Counted from the first letter of the stretch, positions 12,546 through 23,510 are shown. The stretch: 32,910 nucleotides of DNA from Octopus sinensis (GCF_006345805.1 NW_021834063.1:1-32910), one strand, 5' to 3'. Notes: generated by a model from the letters alone, not told the origin. Numbers and translations are program-made.

Positions 12546-13026
12546 AGATAGATAGCTAGATAGATAGACAGACAGACGACGAAATAGTGTGCCCCGGGTG
12601 ACGCTTTTATGGAGTTCACATTTTTTTGGTTAACTGGGCTGCAATTGGTGACACAGGCACATGCTCTGGCTACGCCGTTGAGGAAGCTTCTAGGAATCTT
12701 GTGATATGATAGAAATTGTAGCTACATCTTCATCGAATTTTGCGTTACGATCTTAAGGGCACATTGAATAAAGTAGTTTGAGACATCCTCCTACTCTGGC
12801 GCGATAGTCGTGGATGGAATTCCTTTGAGCACGTTGCTGGGCGTTTATAAAATTGTACAACACTCAACAAGCTGGGAAATGCAATCAGCAGAAGGTTAGA
12901 ATTTGCATCTTGTTGGGGATAGTTACTGAAGATTAAATCAATTCCAGGTTATGGTCCCCTGCTGTTGAATCGTCCCCGGAAGCATGTCGTTGCGATAGTA
13001 ACCTCCTCAACCACACGGCTATTACT

Positions 13027-13350
13027 AGCAGCTCAAAATCTCTCGTGGAAGCGTCATCCAACCAAAGTACAAATATATGGGAAACTACCACCTGTATCAT
13101 CTCTTGTGAAAGGTAGGAGAGTCCAGTGCTGGACATTGTTGTAGAGCTGAAAACGAGGTAATTTCTACTCTTTTTCCTCTGGAAGCCATCTGCTCGCGAT
13201 ACCAGAGGCCGCACACTCTCCTACCCTGATGTAATCTCCAGGGATACAGGCATCCAGCAACAGGACCTCCGTAATGCCATGATGGACCGTGAAGTCTGGC
13301 ATAACATGGTAAATTCCATTGTCTCGATCACGGTCGAACAATAATGATGT
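13027..13350 (+). mobile_element. RTE-clade LINE 3' fragment
   Basis: With frameshifts: QNLSWKRHPTKVQIYGKLPPVSSLVKGRR/AGHCCRAENEVISTL/WKPSARDTRGRTLSYPDVISRDTG...MMDREVW; short ATG-like tail. Confidence 0.75.
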
Positions 13351-13724
13351 TGATACTAGCATCCATTAAATAGGGCTATTGAACGTTCGCTGGTTTGATT
13401 TTGTTATATTCTATGCGGTCAGGCGGCCATCCGGATCTTGCATTTATTAAAAAATGAGACAACATCAGTCTTTCTCACAAACAACATGCCACAACGGTCT
13501 TCAGCAAAGACAAACATATATTACTTCGTTACAAGTTAAATAGAGCTAGTACGTGTGCTTATTATTTCCGCGATACGACAAAATATCTTTCAACGCACGA
13601 GTTCACATCAAGAATCATGCAAACCAAACAGAAAAGGAATTATTTATTGATTTGTAGTCAGCTGACTTTGACCAGTTTAGGAATTATCGATTACTTCCAG
13701 AAAAAAATAATGGAGACTCTACAT

Positions 13725-13871
13725 CAGTGGTTCTCAAACGGGATCCATATTTTTTCACGGACCCGCTAAATACTAACGTTGATCCCTGGTTTACTATTTT
13801 CCCTGCGTGGACCCCCAAAAATCTTATATGGACCCTCTGGAGTCATGTGGATCCCGGTTGAGAACTAACTA
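13725..13871. mobile_element. hAT-like MITE
   Basis: TIR-like ends CAGTGGTTCTCAA and TTGAGAACTAACT. A related copy lies at 26159-26396. Confidence 0.6.
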
Positions 13872-14193
13872 GTGGGTTGAATACCTCACCAATTGACTAA
13901 TAGTATTAAAAAAGAAAAATGAAATAGAACCAGTGCGAGTGTTTACTTTGGCATAATGACCCCTCCTGAGATACAACAACCTAAACAAATAGATTATTTA
14001 ATAGGTCTAAGATAAAATTAGCAGTTTTACAATCTAACAATTTAGCCTTACTGGAGAATAGTAACATTCCACCAGATATAGTTTCTTTTTGAGGTCAATC
14101 ACGAAACTACCTTATCAGTTTTCAACCTAAATAAGAAAAAAAAACAACAGGAAATTAAATCTTACGGATATACGAACGTGTGAAAGCAATACC

Positions 14194-14246
<53 letters not shown>

Positions 14247-14265
14247 ACGTGTTTTATATTTTTTT

Positions 14266-14590
14266 TCTTTCAGTTATTTGACTGCGGCCATATTGGTGCA
14301 TATTGACTTTTTTTAAAGTTTGGTATTTATTCTACTAGTTTCTCTTTCACCGAATTAACAAGTTACGATTTCATAAAACAACCAACACAACCAAACATTG
14401 ACCACACACATGTATGGAAACTGTCGTATATATATATATATATATAATATTATATATATATATATATACACGACAGTTTCCATACAGGTGCGTCACACAA
14501 CTTGGTCGGCTTTGGGCTATAGTAGAAGATACCTGCCTAAGGTACCGCGTAGTGAGACTGAATTGGTTGCAAAACGAGAGTCTTCACAAC
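14266..14590 (-). mobile_element. Family C SINE, degenerate
   Basis: TTTCAGTTATTTGACTGCGGCCAT and GGCTATAGTAGAAGATAC blocks. Confidence 0.6.
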
Positions 14591-14648
14591 AGAGGTATGC
14601 CTTGAGAAACAGAGGTATGCCTTGAGAAACAGAGGTATGCCTTGAGAT
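14589..14648 (+). repeat. 20-bp tandem repeat, three copies
   Basis: ACAGAGGTATGCCTTGAGAA repeated three times. Confidence 0.9.
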
Positions 14649-15183
14649 AGAACTATTGTACACACTGGGCTATTTATAATCTCACATTCCTTTGTAGCTT
14701 TATAGATAACGATCAACCAAAATTTGAAATCAACATTAAACCTATCTGTTAAGGGCGCATCCTTGACGTGGTAAGAGAGCTTCCACGCGTGGATGGAGCT
14801 GAGTCGGAAAGGTACAATCACGCCGAAGTGGTCCATACACAATGGGTTACCGAAAGCGTCCGGGATTTCTCGAAGCGCGCTACCGTACCACGATGAGAGA
14901 CCACGCTCACTACTGGGGCGATATGACAGGGCCGTTACTGCAGCGCAGTGTCTTCCACACGCGTGGCTGGCGCTGCCTGCACATCCGATAATACAAGGCG
15001 TTTTAAGACAAACAATTCATTCGTATGCCTTTTTAATAGTTTCATGACTTCTATGAGACAAGTAAATTAAGCTCAGTTGCTACTCTGCGCAGGGTAAACA
15101 TTTACAGAATTGATTTAATTGTTGCAAGACATTCTATGCACACGACTTATGAAAACTAAACAACGAACTTTATTATTTCTTTA

Positions 15184-15295
15184 AGGAGTGGCTGTGTGGT
15201 AAGTAGCTTGCTAACGAACCACATGGTTTCAGATTCAGTCCCACTGCGTGGTACCTTGGGCAAGTGTCTTCTACTATAGCCTCGGGCTGACCAAA
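15184..15295 (+). mobile_element. Family C SINE 5' part abutting the foldback
   Basis: Matches 20419-20530. Confidence 0.8.
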
Positions 15296-15700
15296 TATAG
15301 GACGAAAGCTGCCGTTAATAAACTCCAAGAGGCCATCGCCTCTAGCTTGCTATATGACACACGAACCTTTGTTCATTATAACCTTCGAACAGGGGTGGTC
15401 AGCCGCTTCCCCTTGCTGGTCAGGCATCTGCAGACATGTTTCAGGGTATTTGCCCTTTATCGGCTACTCTGCATTGATAAAGGACAGACATCTTCAGACA
15501 TGTTTCAGGGCATTTGCCCTTTATTCGGTTACTCTGCATTGATAAAGGGCAAATACCATGAAACATGTCTGCAGATGCCCGGGAAGCGGCTGACCTCACC
15601 TGTTCGAAGGTTATAATGGACACAGGTTCGTGTGTCATATAGTTAGCTAGAGGCGATGGCCTGTTGGAGCTAATCAATGGCAGCTTTCGTCCTATATTTG
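15292..15700. mobile_element. ~410-bp foldback with ~170-bp arms and internal tandem duplication, probably an inverted Penelope-like terminal repeat
   Basis: CAAATATAGGACGAAAGCTGCC... at 15292 is the reverse complement of ...GGCAGCTTTCGTCCTATATTTG ending at 15700. Central ~55-nt unit is duplicated (15431-15483, 15495-15548). Confidence 0.75.
15533..15575 (+). ncRNA. Hammerhead-like motif with U3-A8 core variant
   Basis: TCTGCA-TTGATAA-AGGG(CAAATA)CCAT-GAA-ACATGT-C-TGCAGA: 6-bp stem I, palindromic ACATGT stem III, GUC site. The inverted copy has a perfect AGGG/CCCT stem II. Confidence 0.6.
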
Positions 15701-15776
15701 TGGACTGCCATATTAGCTTAGCGATAACTATTAATATCCAGTACCGCTGCCATAGTCTCCTTTAGAGAGACTCAGA

Positions 15777-15820
<44 letters not shown>

Positions 15821-15844
15821 TAATAATAATAATAATAATAATAG

Positions 15845-15910
<66 letters not shown>

Positions 15911-15949
15911 GCGTACATATACGCAAACATGACTGGCTAGCTAGCTAGG

Positions 15950-16017
<68 letters not shown>

Positions 16018-16335
16018 CAGACATAAAGACAGATAGACAGACAGACAGACAGATAGATAGATAGAACTATTGTACACACTGGGCTATTTATAATCTCACA
16101 TTCCTTTGTAGCTTTATAGATAACGATCAACAAGAGGAGGGTATCTGCATGTTGATACCCTCCCCACCTTCCAAATTTCCTTCTAATTACTCATTATCGT
16201 TTTAAAAGAAGAAGGATTCACTGGTCTATTTAATCTTGTTGAAAATAAAGACGGGTTGGTCATGTGTGTGGACTATGAGACGGATCAGTCAGCGTTAATA
16301 ACAACAGAAACCGCAGAAATTCTGAAGCAACTGCA

Positions 16336-16445
16336 GTGGAGGAGCAATGGCCCAGTGGTTAGGGCAGCGGACTCGCGGTCGTAAGTACGCGGTTTCGATT
16401 CCCAGATCGGGCATTTTGAGTGTTTATTGAGCAAAAGCACCTAAG
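16336..16445 (+). mobile_element. 5' fragment of family A SINE
   Basis: tRNA-like head only. Confidence 0.75.
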
Positions 16446-16671
16446 CAATGCGAATCCGCTGTACACCAGGATGGTTCAGCTCTCCACCCGTTAGAAAAAG
16501 CCACCGTTTACGGAATGAGGATAACAACGTAGCTTTCGCGCCCGTGCAACAACCGCCAGTCTATCGCGTGTGGTGGGTGGATCTTCGAGTTGCCACACGC
16601 ACTCTTAGTAGCTTAGAGTAGGCTCGAATTAGAGATTATTATCTGTGGCTAATGGCATGAGTCCTGATTGG

Positions 16672-16760
16672 AAGAAGAAGAAGAAGAAGAAGAAGAAGGG
16701 GAAGGGGAAGAAGAAAGAGGAGGGGAAGAAGAAGAAGAAGAAGAAGAAGAACGAGGAGGA

Positions 16761-16795
<35 letters not shown>

Positions 16796-16987
16796 AGGAG
16801 GAGGAGGAGAAGAAGAAGGAGAGGGAGAAGGAGAAGGAGGAGAAGAAGAAGAAGAAGAAGAAGAAGGAGGAGAAGAAGAAGAAGAAGGAGGAGGAGGAGA
16901 AGAAGAAGAAGGAGAAGAAGAAGAAGAAGAAGAAGAAGGAGGAGAAGAAGACAGCAACAGCAGCAACTGCAACAACAGCGACAACAA
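16672..16987. repeat. (GAA/GGA)n polypurine tract followed by (CAA/CAG)n
   Basis: Direct reading. Confidence 0.95.
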
Positions 16988-17119
16988 TAGCAAAAAAATA
17001 ACACCAACAAAAATAACAGCAACCTTGAAAATGAGCCACATGTTGCTACATTCCACCTCGCCCCCCCCCCCCCAGTAGAAGATCCTGCAAAAAAAAATCA
17101 TTCTGGGCCCAAATGCCCT

Positions 17120-17960
17120 TGAGGTCATCTTCGCCTTTCATCTTTTCAAGGTTGATAAAATAAATACCAGTCAAGTACTAGGGAAGATGTAAATGACTTC
17201 CCCTCCCCTCAAAGTTGCTGGCGTTGTGCCAAAATTAGAAAGTGATGAAGACGGTCAGCTGGCAGAGTCGTAGAGTGCCGGAAGAAAAGCTGCATCGTGG
17301 TATTTGTTCCGGCACTTTACATTTTGAGTTCAAATCCAACCGTGGTCAACATTTTCTTATATTTCTTTCGGGCTCGATAAAGTGAAGCAACAGTCCTGTA
17401 CTGGAATGAATGGTATCTACAAAACCCTACCCCTCAAAAACTGTCGGCCATGTACCCTAATGAGAAGCCATTATTTAACCCCTTAGTTACTATATTTGTA
17501 TTTTAAATAATGATTTCAAATTTTGGCACAATGCCAGCAATTTCGGGGGAAGAGGTTAAGTCGATTACATCAACCCCAGTGCTCAGTTGCTGCTTATTCT
17601 ATTGACCCCGAAAGGACGAAAAGTAAAATCTACCCCGGCGGAATTTGAACTCAGAACGTCAAGACTGACGAAATGCCGCTTAGCATTTCGTCCGGCGTGC
17701 CAAAGATCGTGGCATCTCGCCGCCTTGTTTAGGTTAAAATAATATTTTTTGTGGGTAGTAAAAAAATAGGTAATTTGTCTGCCGTTGCATTCTGAGTTCA
17801 AATTCCGCCGAGGTCGACTTTGCCTTTCATCCTTTTGGGGTCGATAAATTAAGTATCAGTTACGCACTGGGGTCGATGTAATCGACTTAATTAATCCCTT
17901 TGTCTGTCCTTGTTTGTCCCCTCTATGTTTAGCCCCTGGTAGGCAAGAAAGAAATAGGAA
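17120..17960. mobile_element. Cluster of about four family D SINE copies in mixed orientation
   Basis: Recurrent GAGTTCAAATTCCGCCGAGGTCGACTTTGCCTTTCATCCTTT.GGGGTCGATAAA..AAGTACCAG module. The 17515-17725 copy is on the minus strand. Confidence 0.75.
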
Positions 17961-18367
17961 GTATTACTGAGAGAGAGAAGGAGAGAGAGATATAATTTTG
18001 TGCCAGGTGGTGAGAATTTAACAAAATCACTTGATCCTTACTCTTAACCTGCTGTCCGAGATATAAATAAATTAACATGACATTTTGATGGAAGATTTTA
18101 ATTAAGTTTAAATCACTTTAAATGAGAATGTTTGTGGCATAGAATCAGGAAGCGGTCTTAGACGAGCTGGTGACAGCTTCGTTCCTAACATACCAACTAC
18201 TCCTTGTGTTAACAAATGTTGTATATGGTTAGCGAAACGACAAACAAACTTTCTTTAGTTCAACAGCGGCTGACAGGATGAATAGACGTGAAAAATGACG
18301 ATCTGTCCAGTAAGGTCATTTGTGGTTAATATTCCATATTTTATGTATATTATATGTATAAGTGAGA

Positions 18368-18758
18368 AGTGGAGGCGCAATGGCCCAGTGGTTAGGGCAG
18401 CGGACTCGCGGTCATAGGATCGCGGTTTCGATTCCCAGACAGGGCGTTGTGAGTGTTTATTGAGCGAAAACACCTAAAGCTCCACGAGGCTCCGGCAGGG
18501 GATGGTGGTGATCCCTGCTGTACTCTTTCACCACAACTTTCTCTCACTCTTACTTCCTGTTTCTGTTGTACCTGTATTTCAAAGGGCCGGCCTTGTCACT
18601 CTCTGTGTCACGCTGAATATCCCCGAGAACTACGTTAAGGGTACACGTGTCTGTGGAGTGCTCAGCCACTTACACGTTAATTTCACGAGCAGGCTGTTCC
18701 GTTGATTCGGATCAACCGGAACCCTCGTCGTCGTAACCGGCGGAGTGCTTCCATTAAA
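18368..18758 (+). mobile_element. tRNA-derived SINE, family A, with 12-bp TSD
   Basis: GTATAAGTGAGA at 18356-18367 and 18759-18770. Confidence 0.92.
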
Positions 18759-18912
18759 GTATAAGTGAGAGCCATTGTTTCTGATTGTCTTGTTTATAAC
18801 CAAGTGTTGAACACTCAGTGTTTAAAGTATCCGCTTAGAGGAGCTTATATTATATTTGCTTTGTTCACGTGTGCATCCGTATACCAGGTATGTTGGTGGG
18901 TCTGTGTCTGCA

Positions 18913-19116
18913 TAATCATCATCATCGTCATCGGCTTCATCATCATCATCATCATCGTCGTCATCATCATCATCATCGTCATCGGCTTCATCATCATCAT
19001 CATCGTTTAACGCCCGCTTTCCATGCTAGCATGGGTTGGACGATTTTGACTGGGGACTGGCGAACCAGATGGCTTGCACCAGGCCCCAATCTTGATCTGG
19101 CAGAGTTTCTAAAGCT
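18913..19116 (-). mobile_element. Retroposon 3' end with (ATG)n tail
   Basis: Minus strand ...GCATGGAAAGCGGGCGTTAAACGATGATGATG resembles RTE-mobilised SINE tails. Confidence 0.5.
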
Positions 19117-19190
19117 GTGTGTATGCATATAAATTTCTATATGTATATGAGTGTATATATATATATATGTGTGTCTGTGTGCGCGCGTGA

Positions 19191-19221
<31 letters not shown>

Positions 19222-19388
19222 CGTGTGTGTGTTGTTCACAGATAAAAATCCAAAGATTCTCCGCATAGGGGACAGTAGTACAGGGAGCATTCCGCAGGGT
19301 ACAGAAAGCCTATAAAAGGGGTCAAGTTTTGCGGATATAGAGGCAATTATGCAGATAAACAAATACATCAAATACATTAAATATTTTG

Positions 19389-19616
19389 TTTACTCTTTTA
19401 TTACTCCTTTATTTGTTTCAGTCATTTGACTGCGGCCATGCTGGAGCACCGCCTTTAGTCGAGCAAATCGACCCCGGGACTTATTCTTTTGTAAGCCCAG
19501 CACTTATTCTATCGGTCTCTTTTGCCGAACCGCTAAGTGACGGGGACATAAACACACCAGCATCGGTTGTAAAGCAATGCTAGGGGGACAAACACAGACA
19601 CACACACATACATACA

Positions 19617-19650
<34 letters not shown>

Positions 19651-19815
19651 CGACGGGCTTCTTTCAGTTTTCCGTCTACCAAATCCACTCACAAGGCTTT
19701 GGTCAGCCCGAGGCTATAGTACAAGACACTTGCCCAAGGTGCCACGCAGTGGGACTGAACCCGGAACCATGTGGTTGGTAAGCAAGCTACTTACCACACA
19801 GCCCCTCCTACGCCT
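19389..19815 (-). mobile_element. tRNA-derived SINE, family C (internal microsatellite), full length
   Basis: Reverse complement of 20413-20906. Confidence 0.88.
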
Positions 19816-19953
19816 TTGTTCCGCGCTTTAAATTTCTCTGTCGTTTGTACCCTGTGTAAGTTGGACCTATTAATAACCATTTGAAAGTCCCCACCTTTTG
19901 CATTCTCGAGCTTTGCATGTATACTTATTTATCATATGGTATAATTATAAACA

Positions 19954-20345
19954 GTGGAGGCGCAATGGCCCAGTGGTTAAGGCAGAGGACTCGCAGTCAT
20001 AGGATCGCGGTTTCGATTCCCAGACCGGGCGTTGTGAGTGTTTATTGAGCGCAAACACCTAAAAGCTCAACAAGGCTCCAGTAGGGGATGGTGGTGATCC
20101 CTCTGTACTCCTTCACCACAACTTTCTCTCACTCTTACTTCCTGTTTCTGTTGTACCTGTATTTCAAAGGGTCGGCCTTGTCACTCTCTGTGTCACGTTG
20201 AATATCTCCGAGAACTACGTTAAGGGTGCACGTGTCTGTGGAGTGCTCAGCCACTTACACGTTAATTTCACGAGCTGGCTGTTCCGTTGATTCGGATCAA
20301 CCGGAACCCTCATCGTCGTAACCGACGGAGTGCTTCAATCCATCC
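19954..20345 (+). mobile_element. tRNA-derived SINE, family A
   Basis: Full-length copy; TSD AATTATAAA at 19943-19951 and 20346-20354. Confidence 0.9.
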
Positions 20346-20412
20346 AATTATAAATAGGACAAATATTAGACATTTCTCCGCAGACTGGAAAAAATGATGA
20401 ACAATGAATAAT

Positions 20413-20576
20413 AGGTGTAGGAGTGGCTGTGTGGTAAGTAGCTTGCTTACAAACCACATGGTTCCGAGTTCAGTCCCACTGCGTGGCATCTCAGGCAAGT
20501 GTCTTCTACTATAGCCGTGGCCCGACCAAAGCCTTGTGAGTGGATTTGGTAGACGGAAACTGAAAGAAGCCCGTCG

Positions 20577-20672
<96 letters not shown>

Positions 20673-20906
20673 GTATCTATGTGTGTGTATATGTTTGTGT
20701 GTCTGTGAATGTCTCCCCGCCCCTCAACATCGCTTGACAACCGATGCTGGTGTGTTTACGTTTCTGTAACTTAGCGGTTCGGGAAAAGAGAACCGATAGA
20801 ATAAGTACTAGGTTTACAAAGAATAAGTCCTGGGGGGCGATTTACACGACTAAAGGCGGTGCTCCAGCATGACCACTGTCAAATGACTGAAACAAGTTAA
20901 AGAGTA
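20413..20906 (+). mobile_element. tRNA-derived SINE, family C, full length
   Basis: AGGAGTGGCTGTGTGGTAAG head, GTTCAGTCCC B-box-like, central (TA)n/(TG)n, and ...ATGACTGAAACAAG tail. Confidence 0.88.
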
Positions 20907-20955
20907 GCCCTAATCGATTTTCGAATCTTTTTGGGTCCTCATCAGAGGCGTCTAC
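20904..20955 (-). ncRNA. Minimal type-I hammerhead ribozyme motif, canonical core
   Basis: Minus strand reads GCCT-CTGATGA-GGACC(CAAAAA)GATTC-GAA-AATCGATT-A-GGGC: intact CUGAUGA and GAAA cores, stems I and II, palindromic stem III AATCGATT, UH cleavage site. Confidence 0.75.
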
Positions 20956-21188
20956 ATCATTCTGACAGTCTCCAGAGAAACCAGCAGCCAAATTGTGTGT
21001 ATATACTCAACAAATGCAGCAGTTAATCTATGAAGGGGTCCCTAATTTGCATACCGAAAGACTTTAACACTCTATAAATACGGCCGCCTGTCATCGGGGA
21101 CCTATATATATTTTGTATTTCATACCGAAGCTAATGAATTGAATATTTTTAATGTAATTGATGTATCTAATTTATCTGCATAATTGCC

Positions 21189-21194
21189 TGTATG

Positions 21195-21228
<34 letters not shown>

Positions 21229-21588
21229 TGTATGTATGTATGTAGTATGTATGTATGTATGTATGTATGTATGTATGTATGTATGCATGCATGCATGTAT
21301 GTATGTATGTATGCATGTATGCATGCATGCATGTATGTATGTATGTATGTATGTATGTATGTATGAATGAATGAATGAATGAATGTATGTATGTATGTAT
21401 GTATGTATGTATGAATGTATGTATGTATGTATGTACGTATGCATTTATGTATGTGTGTGTATGTATGTATGTATGAATGAATGTATGCATGCGTACATGT
21501 AAGCATGTATGTATGTATATGTATACATGTATGAGTGTTTAAATATATATGGACGGATACATATATATGTGCGTATATAGTGTATATA

Positions 21589-21651
<63 letters not shown>

Positions 21652-21678
21652 ATGTGTGTGTGTGTGTGTATATATATA
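21189..21678. repeat. Compound (TATG)n/(GAAT)n/(TA)n microsatellite
   Basis: Direct reading. Confidence 0.95.
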
Positions 21679-21695
21679 ACAAAAACTAGCAAAAA

Positions 21696-21733
21696 CTGTC
21701 CGATGAACGGCAACGGGAAACTCAGAGTAACAG
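21696..21733 (+). ncRNA. Hammerhead-like motif with U4C core
   Basis: CTGT-CCGATGA-ACG(GCAA)CGG-GAA-ACTCAGAGT-A-ACAG: stem I CTGT/ACAG, GNRA-capped stem II, near-palindromic stem III. A homologous degenerate copy lies at 5789-5830. Confidence 0.6.
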
Positions 21734-22130
21734 GTTTTGTTGAATTTTCTGCTGCTTTAAATAAAGTATATATATATATAGATCAATAAATGGTAGGATT
21801 GTGTTGACCGCACGTGGAGAAATGATAAGCAAGGAAAAATTGTAAAAAGGCAGAATGCTAAATTGAAAGAAAATTTTTATGAAAATGGGTGTATGGAAAA
21901 AGTTTTTGAAAAATTGATAAAATATATATATATATATATATATTAATTCAAACGGTTTTCGTCATAATGTGACTTTTCAAGAATTGTAAAGAGAAAAATA
22001 TTTTTTTAAATATGAGCAGGTGGGAAAAACGAAAATTACATTGTATTTTGCAAAAAAATAATAATAAATATATACAAAAATTAAAAAAATAGGTACTCCG
22101 ATGCATTGTAAAGTCTTTGTGTACCTTTGT

Positions 22131-22723
22131 GTATTGTGAAAAAATTATATGGTTAATGGACAATATGTCCAATTTTTCGGCATATTTGGCATTAGAATTT
22201 TTTCCTTTGCCCTCATTTATGAATTGTTTATAAATTTAACCGTTAAAGGTATTTTTTAATATGCTGGCCATTGATAACATTTTTTTCGAGAAAATATTTT
22301 TTTTCGAAAAGAATTTTATCCTCACATTTGATATAAATTTAAGCATTCACTTCCGAGCTAACTAACTCACTCTGTGACAGCCTCAGTTCAAATCGCACGT
22401 GCCTCGAATGGGCTGGAGTATTTCTATTTTAGATGTATTTGGGGTACTTAGTTGTGCCCATGACTTAGTGTTTGCTTCTTCCATGGGTGCGAGTAAGTAT
22501 CTCATTTATTTCTTTTGCCACATGTATCACTGACGAAGAGAGGGCTCTTAGTAGCTAACTCTGAAATTGGTCCGATATGGTAATAATGGAATTTTTTAGA
22601 AATTTCTGTCAGCCTTTTTTCGAGTAGCGTGCGTATTGTGAAAAAATTATATGGTTGATGGACAATATGTCCAATTTTTCGGCATATTTGGCATTAGAAT
22701 TTTTTCCTTTGCCCTCATTTATG

Positions 22724-22727
<4 letters not shown>
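22131..22727 (+). repeat. 95-bp direct repeat pair with a 502-bp period enclosing a hammerhead motif
   Basis: 22131-22225 and 22633-22727 differ at one position. The second copy runs into (TA)n. Confidence 0.85.
22524..22578 (+). ncRNA. Type-I hammerhead ribozyme motif with extended stem II
   Basis: GTATCA-CTGACGA-AGAG(AG GGCT CTTAGT AGCT AA)CTCT-GAA-ATTGGT-C-CGATAT. Canonical core and GUC site; one mismatch at the base of stem I; stem III is a degenerate palindrome. Confidence 0.7.
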
Positions 22728-22799
<72 letters not shown>

Positions 22800-22966
22800 T
22801 ATATATCGATGCATACATACATGCATGCATTACATACAAACATACATATACGCAGTGAAACTTTTTAGAGGAGTATAAATGTATATATGTCTATAGTGTG
22901 TGTGTACGTGCCTGTGTGTGTGTGTGTGTGTGTTTGTGTGTGCGTCTATATGCTCGCGCATATATA

Positions 22967-23479
22967 AAATAATAAATAAATGCGCCCTTTTAAAGCCTAG
23001 CCAGGCTCATGGGCCCGATTTTCCGGTTTCTATTGCGTATGTGTTCCCCCCAACTGGACGGGACGCCAGTCCATTGCAGCGTTACTCATTTTTGCCAGCT
23101 GAGTGGACAGGAAGCAACGGGAAATGAAGTGTTTTGCTCAAGAACACAACGCATCGCCCGGTCCAGGAATCGAAACCACAATCTTACGATCATGGTGCTG
23201 ACACCCTTGCCACTAAACCACGCGCCTCCACAAAATAAATGCGCCCTTTTAACGCCTAGCCAGGCTCATGAACCCGGTTTCTATGGCGTATGTGTTTCCC
23301 ACCTGGACGGGACGCCAGTCCATTGCAGCGTTACTCATTTTTGCCAGCTGAGTGGACTGGAGCAACGGGAAATGAAGTGTCTTGCTCAAGAACACAACGC
23401 ATCGCCCGGTCTAGGAATCGAAACCACAATCTTACGATCATGATGCTGACACCCTAACCACTAAGCCACGCGCCTCCAC
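22967..23479 (-). mobile_element. Two head-to-tail tRNA-derived SINEs, family B (22967-23231 and 23232-23479)
   Basis: Each starts GTGGAGGCGCGTGG(C/T)TTAGTGG on the minus strand and ends in TTTA-type tails. The pair begins ~30 nt after the exon-1 donor. Confidence 0.88.
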
Positions 23480-23510
23480 TTTAAGCATCCAAATAAACGG
23501 AATTACTTAC

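Noticed and set aside
14050-14150. Extra exon after the minus-strand acceptor TTCTTATTTAG
   Set aside because: The phase-1 reading hits TGA immediately, and the other frames close within a few codons.
14589-14648. CRISPR-like repeat
   Set aside because: Three contiguous 20-mers without spacers in eukaryotic DNA.
16629-17128. Poly-Lys, Glu, Ser, Leu and Phe ORFs
   Set aside because: Translations of a (GAA/GGA)n microsatellite.
12244-18705. Near-identical 61-aa and 67-aa ORFs at 12244/18453 and 12293/18502
   Set aside because: Chance frames within copies of the same SINE.
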